64,000 nt of DNA, taken from NCBI GenBank assembly GCA_963677485.1, contig OY781964.1, positions 576,001 through 640,000 of the forward strand, read 5' to 3'. Each line of letters begins with the position of its first letter. Position 1 is the stretch's first letter. Below, one piece after another: positions 59,739-64,000 of this stretch. The notes beneath the pieces were generated by a model, which had not been told where the DNA came from, did not search any database, and saw nothing but the letters and a program-made list of their open reading frames with translations. A program made the translations under genes and the position numbers. Origin of the DNA: Armatimonadota bacterium. GTDB taxonomy: Bacteria > Armatimonadota > HRBIN16.

Positions 59739-60608
59739 ATGAACGAAATGCAATACAAATTCAGACCATATCATCCATTTACTGCACTCGATAACAGGTT
59801 CAGAAGCCATCGCTGGTTGGCTAAAATGGGGCCCGAAAACTGGTTCATGTATTCGGAGCTTGCCATGCGTTCCAATGCTGATTTCATCTCTTGGGCATCC
59901 ATCCGAACCATGGCAGACGAGCTTGGTATCAGCCCATCAACGGTGCAGAAATGCATCAAGGAGCTGAAGGAGCTTGGGCTGCTCAACGTGACCCAACGGT
60001 GGTCGTCCAAAGGTGACAAAACGAGTAACTTGTATCAGCTCATGGTACCTGATTTCGATAGTGAGGAGGCCGAGGGGGGTGTACCACCACACGGTACACC
60101 CTGTACCACGCCACGGTACACAGGTGTACCGCCACACGGTACAGAATTAAAAGAATCTGAAGAAGAAGAAGTTAAGGATAATTCCCTTACGGGTTCGGCT
60201 GACGCCGAAGCGGCTGAACACCCTCCCGTTCAACCTCCAAAACCCAAAGAGCCGAAGCCGGACCCCTACCGCTCCGTGATCGAGACCTACTCGCTGGCCG
60301 GGCTTCCGGAGCCGCCCAGCAGCGAGGTAACCCCACTGCTGCGGGCCATGAAACAAGCCCTCGCCTCCGGGTGGCCACCCACCAGGATCGCGGCTGCCTG
60401 GAGCAATGCCAGAGCCAGGTGTAACCCCCAGAGCTTGAGCGTGTGGAGCTTGGCATACACGCTCAGGCACTTGACCGATGCCGAAGCCATGCAGTCCAAA
60501 CCGCCGGGAAGTGGTAACAAACCTCCGAGGTTGTCTGATGATGAACTCGAGGCGCGGGCCAGAGCTAACGCCGCGAATGTGATGGGAGAACTCTACAATG
60601 ACCGATGA
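59739..60608 (+). CDS. Phage replication initiator with an N-terminal HTH
   Basis: SIRTMADELGIS.STV...IKEL...GLL and SNLY.L; contains internal iterons. Confidence 0.8.
   Translation: MNEMQYKFRPYHPFTALDNRFRSHRWLAKMGPENWFMYSELAMRSNADFISWASIRTMADELGISPSTVQKCIKELKELGLLNVTQRWSSKGDKTSNLYQLMVPDFDSEEAEGGVPPHGTPCTTPRYTGVPPHGTELKESEEEEVKDNSLTGSADAEAAEHPPVQPPKPKEPKPDPYRSVIETYSLAGLPEPPSSEVTPLLRAMKQALASGWPPTRIAAAWSNARARCNPQSLSVWSLAYTLRHLTDAEAMQSKPPGSGNKPPRLSDDELEARARANAANVMGELYNDR
60080..60185. other. Putative phage replication origin (three 19-bp iterons plus an A-rich tract)
   Basis: TGTACC-N7-GGTACA at 60080, 60102 and 60125, then GAATTAAAAGAATCTGAAGAAGAAGAAGTTAAGGATAATT. Confidence 0.75.
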
Positions 60609-61143
60609 AAGATTTGCCGACGCGATGGCCTTCTTTGCCATCACCTACGGTGCTGAATACAGCCAGAAGCAGCAGACCATGTGGAGGGTTCAGATCGAAC
60701 GCCACGACATCACTGACGATGAGTTTGACGCCGCTCTTGATAAGTTCCTGATGACCAAAGAGTCGAACTTCATGCCACGAACGCCAGGTGCAGTGCTGCA
60801 TTACGTGGTGGAGGCGCGTGAACACGCCCAGATCGAAGGCGTGCCGACTGTGGCGGATGCGTTGTGGGAGGTGCGTGAGACCCTCAACCGCTATCAAGGT
60901 CAACCGAAATACAGCCACCCCATCATCGCAAAAGCCGTGGCCACGATCGGATATTACCGGCTCTGCGAGATGACATCGGAGGATATTAGCCGGGAGTTCA
61001 GGGTGACATATGGGGAGTTACGCAAGCACGTCCTGGACAAACCCATCGAGGAACGGCCTATGGTTGAAGGGCGTCGGTCTGGAATGGGGTCCATCGGCGA
61101 CTCGCTGCGGTCACTTCCCGGTCTGCTGGGAGGGTGCAAGTGA
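60598..61143 (+). CDS. Putative helicase loader/inhibitor-like phage protein
   Basis: Overlaps the initiator; 'W...I....DEF..A....L....FMP' and 'I.KAV..IGY..LC' pattern. Confidence 0.6.
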   Translation: MTDERFADAMAFFAITYGAEYSQKQQTMWRVQIERHDITDDEFDAALDKFLMTKESNFMPRTPGAVLHYVVEAREHAQIEGVPTVADALWEVRETLNRYQGQPKYSHPIIAKAVATIGYYRLCEMTSEDISREFRVTYGELRKHVLDKPIEERPMVEGRRSGMGSIGDSLRSLPGLLGGCK

Positions 61144-61427
61144 GGCAGGCACACGAGTTCATCGGGCAGCATGTCATGCGGGCCAACGGGCGTATATGGC
61201 GGCATAGGACATGCGACGCGCCGTATGTGGTTGTTGCGCAAACGAAAAGCATCAACCCACACGAGACTTACCTGCGTGGGCTGTGTGCAAAATGCCTCAT
61301 AGATGGCCATATCAAGTTCACCGATGGGATACGTCCCGTTGAAGCCAACTGGCATACCAAACTTAGGATGACACGACATGAACACTGGCCCGCATGGGCC
61401 TCAATAGGAGTTTTCGATATTGAGTAA
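61140..61427 (+). CDS. Phage hypothetical protein
   Basis: GTGA coupling to the previous gene; CAKC. Confidence 0.55.
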   Translation: MRQAHEFIGQHVMRANGRIWRHRTCDAPYVVVAQTKSINPHETYLRGLCAKCLIDGHIKFTDGIRPVEANWHTKLRMTRHEHWPAWASIGVFDIE

Positions 61428-61926
61428 CGAACCGAAGGGGTTTAACCCATCAGATCACCTGATCAAGGTGCAAGGGAACCGGACGTATCTGCCGGTGAGT
61501 GCAGCCATCGCCTGGTTTAGGACCGAACACCCAGACTGGGGCATCATCTGCGAAGTCACGGTCGACGGCGATAGCTGCTTGGCCGCCGCTACTGTGATGA
61601 GCGAGACCGGCACGGTGGTGGCCACAGCACACAAGCAGGAGACCCGCCAGAGCTTCCCCGACTACGTCGAAAAAGCCGAAAGTGGGGCTGTGGGTAGAGC
61701 CTTGCGCTTTGCCGGGTATGGGACCGCCGACGTGGATGTTGACAACCAACTGCTAGATAGTGCTAGAATATCTACAGATACAAGCACTATTACGACAAAT
61801 CGACCAATACCGACCGCCGAGACATGCGTCGTATGTGGCGTAGCACTGACATCCGGCCAGGCTGCGCTATCTGGCAAGCGATACGGGAAGGTGTTATGCT
61901 CCGAGCATCAAAAAGCGGCCAAGTAA
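61420..61926 (+). CDS. Rad52/Sak-like single-strand annealing protein with a C-terminal zinc finger
   Basis: YLPV...WFRTEHPDW, VATAHK and EKAESGAVGRAL...GYG; CVVC...CSEH. Confidence 0.6.
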   Translation: MSNEPKGFNPSDHLIKVQGNRTYLPVSAAIAWFRTEHPDWGIICEVTVDGDSCLAAATVMSETGTVVATAHKQETRQSFPDYVEKAESGAVGRALRFAGYGTADVDVDNQLLDSARISTDTSTITTNRPIPTAETCVVCGVALTSGQAALSGKRYGKVLCSEHQKAAK

Positions 61927-62198
61927 GCGAGAAGGAGTTCCAGGACACAGTGACCGACGCCCTAAGCCTGTTTGGATGGCTGTGGTATCACACCCACGAC
62001 AGCCGACGTAGCAACAAGGGGTTCCCTGATGTGGTGGCGGTCCGTGGCCAGCGTGTGTTGTTTATCGAACTCAAGAGAGAAGACGGTCGGGTGACCGTTG
62101 AGCAAAAAGACTGGCTGTTGAAGCTTCGAGATGCGGGGCGTGAGGCGTTTGTGCTGCGCCCCTCTCAGATGGACGCTTTCCTGGAGGGTATTCGTTAG
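61896..62198 (+). CDS. VRR-NUC domain nuclease
   Basis: SEKEFQ, HTHDSRRS..GFPD, FIELK...GR....Q..W. Confidence 0.88.
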   Translation: MLRASKSGQVSEKEFQDTVTDALSLFGWLWYHTHDSRRSNKGFPDVVAVRGQRVLFIELKREDGRVTVEQKDWLLKLRDAGREAFVLRPSQMDAFLEGIR

Positions 62199-62282
62199 TT
62201 GACCGCCGACTGGATAAACGTGTATATATTTCTACATAATGATGTGTGGTTACCGATAATCACATTTCTGGAAGTGTTATGT

Positions 62283-63122
62283 ATGCACAAGCTTACCGCG
62301 TTCAGCTACTTTGGTGGCAAGAACAGCCAGTTGGGCTTCATACTGCCCAATCTACCCGCCTCTGAATTCTATATCGAGCCGTTCGGTGGATCGGCTGCCG
62401 TGCTCCTTAACCGGGAGCCTGCCAAGAACGAAGTCTACAACGACTTGTATCTCAACTGCGTGAACTTCTTCAGGGTGCTGAGAGACCACCCGGACGAGCT
62501 CATTACCCGATTGAAACTCACCCCAAACAGCAAGCATGAATATGCGATGGCGATCGACATGAACAAGGGACTGAGCCAGGTCGACGATATGATCGAGCGG
62601 GCCAGGATGTGGTTCATGCTTCCGGTGCTTGGCTTCTACGGCCGTCATAAGGAGGCGTCCAACTGGGGCCGTGCTTACTCGTCTGCGAACGGCATGAATG
62701 GCATGTGTTCGAAGTGGATCACAGCAGTGGACCGCCTATACCCGGTGGCAGAGCGCCTGCGCCGGGTCGTGATCGAGTGCGCGGATGCACGTGAAGTGAT
62801 CGAGCGGTGGGACCGTCCGGAGGCGTTGTTCTACCTCGACCCGCCCTATGTGCTGGCGTCAAGATCGAGCAAAACGGCGCAGTATCAGAACGAGATGAAT
62901 GACCGTCAGCATACCGAGCTGCTTGAACTCTGCCAGAGGTGCAAAGGTCGGGTGGCGATCAGCGGATACGATAGCGAGCTGTATACGATGGCACTGTCTG
63001 GCTGGCGGGTGGTGAAAGCACCGCCCAAGGTGAAGCCGTCTAGCTGCGGGCGTAACGGCACTGGTGATACGGCTGTAGAGGTGCTGTGGATGAACTATGA
63101 TGCGGAGGGATGCCGTTTGTGA
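62283..63122 (+). CDS. DNA adenine methyltransferase (D12/Dam-like)
   Basis: YFGGK, EPFGGS, YND, YLDPPY and E.LW.NY. Confidence 0.93.
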   Translation: MHKLTAFSYFGGKNSQLGFILPNLPASEFYIEPFGGSAAVLLNREPAKNEVYNDLYLNCVNFFRVLRDHPDELITRLKLTPNSKHEYAMAIDMNKGLSQVDDMIERARMWFMLPVLGFYGRHKEASNWGRAYSSANGMNGMCSKWITAVDRLYPVAERLRRVVIECADAREVIERWDRPEALFYLDPPYVLASRSSKTAQYQNEMNDRQHTELLELCQRCKGRVAISGYDSELYTMALSGWRVVKAPPKVKPSSCGRNGTGDTAVEVLWMNYDAEGCRL

Positions 63123-63475
63123 CTAAGAACCCGTGGCGTGACCTGGTAGTGCTTACCGATGTGGAGGTGCTCGCGGAACGGCTGACCACACCCAGCTATT
63201 GGCCGCCAGGCTCTGCTTGCTCTGAGTTAGTCAAGGAGGAGGTGACCGTTGCGCTCAGGGCTGAGGTGATCTCCCCCACCGAATGCATTGTGCTGGTGGC
63301 CAGGTTGTATGACGTGTCGGCTGCTGAGATAGCAGACTTCCTGCATATCTGCACCAGGGCGGTCAACCTGGCCTTTGAACGTGCATGTGGCAAGCTTAAC
63401 GCCTGGTCTGGCTGTGGGGTCACCACCGTGCTTGTAGAGGCCTTCGGACGCTGTGCACTGGACGTGATCGAATGA
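63119..63475 (+). CDS. Sigma70 region-4-like HTH phage regulator
   Basis: ISPTE..V.......S.AEIADFL.I...AV.....RA..KL; GTGA coupling. Confidence 0.6.
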   Translation: MTKNPWRDLVVLTDVEVLAERLTTPSYWPPGSACSELVKEEVTVALRAEVISPTECIVLVARLYDVSAAEIADFLHICTRAVNLAFERACGKLNAWSGCGVTTVLVEAFGRCALDVIE

Positions 63476-63819
63476 GCCAAGCACCTCTTAAGCCATGCGC
63501 TTTCATTGGATGCCGTGAGTTGGTCCGCGGCACCAGATACTGCGAGCATCACACCAAGCGAGCCTGGGATGACGACACGAGGTCGAGTGCTCATGATCGT
63601 GGCTACGATGCGAAGTGGAAGCGGACGCGTGCGTCCTATGTGAAGAAGCATCCACTCTGTGAGCTTTGCCAGGCGCGTGGTGTTGTTAGTCCGATGGAGA
63701 TCGTGCATCACATCGTGCCTTTGAGTGTTGGTGGTGACCAATACAAGCACAGCAACCTTCAAAGCTTGTGCCGCGTCTGCCATGGCCGTGTCCACGGGGG
63801 AGGGGGGTCAAAATGTTGA
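63472..63819 (+). CDS. Terminase-associated HNH endonuclease
   Basis: PC...GC..L....YC..H, RGYD.KW...R, PLC..C, HHIVP...GG and NLQSLC..CH. Confidence 0.93.
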   Translation: MSQAPLKPCAFIGCRELVRGTRYCEHHTKRAWDDDTRSSAHDRGYDAKWKRTRASYVKKHPLCELCQARGVVSPMEIVHHIVPLSVGGDQYKHSNLQSLCRVCHGRVHGGGGSKC

Positions 63820-63870
63820 AATATCATCGACCAATCTACCGGGCGTGTAGTCGCGTGCGGGAGAGACCGA
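63795..63870 (+). other. Possible cos/packaging site region
   Basis: GGGGGAGGGGGGTCAAAA...ACCGG at the HNH 3' end, where cos lies in HNH-terminase phages. Confidence 0.4.
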
Positions 63871-64000
63871 ATTCCAGTTTTTTGGCGATGGGGTTTTTAG
63901 GGGCAAAAACAGGCGGTTTTGTGCTTAAAGATTGCAACTGTGGCGTTGTTTTGTCGTAAATCGATAATGGCTTTTGTGGGTGTGTTTCGACTGGTCACAC

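Larger units (their letters stand above)
59739..64000 (+). mobile_element. Prophage-like module (replication to packaging start), continuing beyond the window
   Basis: Co-oriented, overlapping phage-type genes: initiator, loader, SSAP, VRR-NUC, MTase, late regulator and HNH. Confidence 0.8.

Overview
Bacterial chromosomal window, probably from Armatimonadota. This is inferred from the zinc-type L28 with an 'RHRHSGAWAL' insert, the prepilin-type 'FTLIELLVVIAII...CISNLRQ' protein and the many glycan-degrading genes. In order it contains: (1) a DeoR-linked sugar/amino-sugar catabolic cluster whose two promoters share a 10-bp-phased CCA/TGG array; (2) an AT-rich defence-like islet with an alpha/beta hydrolase, a DRT1/UG1-like reverse transcriptase-nitrilase fusion broken by one in-frame TAA, and an MNT nucleotidyltransferase whose HEPN partner appears truncated; (3) a ~13 kb cluster mixing partner-switching signalling (three STAS proteins including a STAS-GPP34 fusion, and a Cache-HAMP-PP2C-kinase hybrid) with an ABC transporter and an acylating aldehyde dehydrogenase carrying an in-frame TGA; (4) glycoside hydrolase genes, a stand-alone C-terminal half of carB, PPK2 and a porin with a Pho-box-like array; (5) a MITE with a 10-bp target duplication and an IS3/IS481-like element with a 14-bp target duplication inside qor; (6) rpmB, a dense repeat cluster and two CDF transporters; (7) the left end of a phage-like module (initiator with iterons through HNH/cos) with no adjacent integrase or repressor. 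Several palindromic REP/REPIN-like families occupy the intergenic space. No tRNA, rRNA or CRISPR array was seen. All family assignments come from motif recognition, not database searches.
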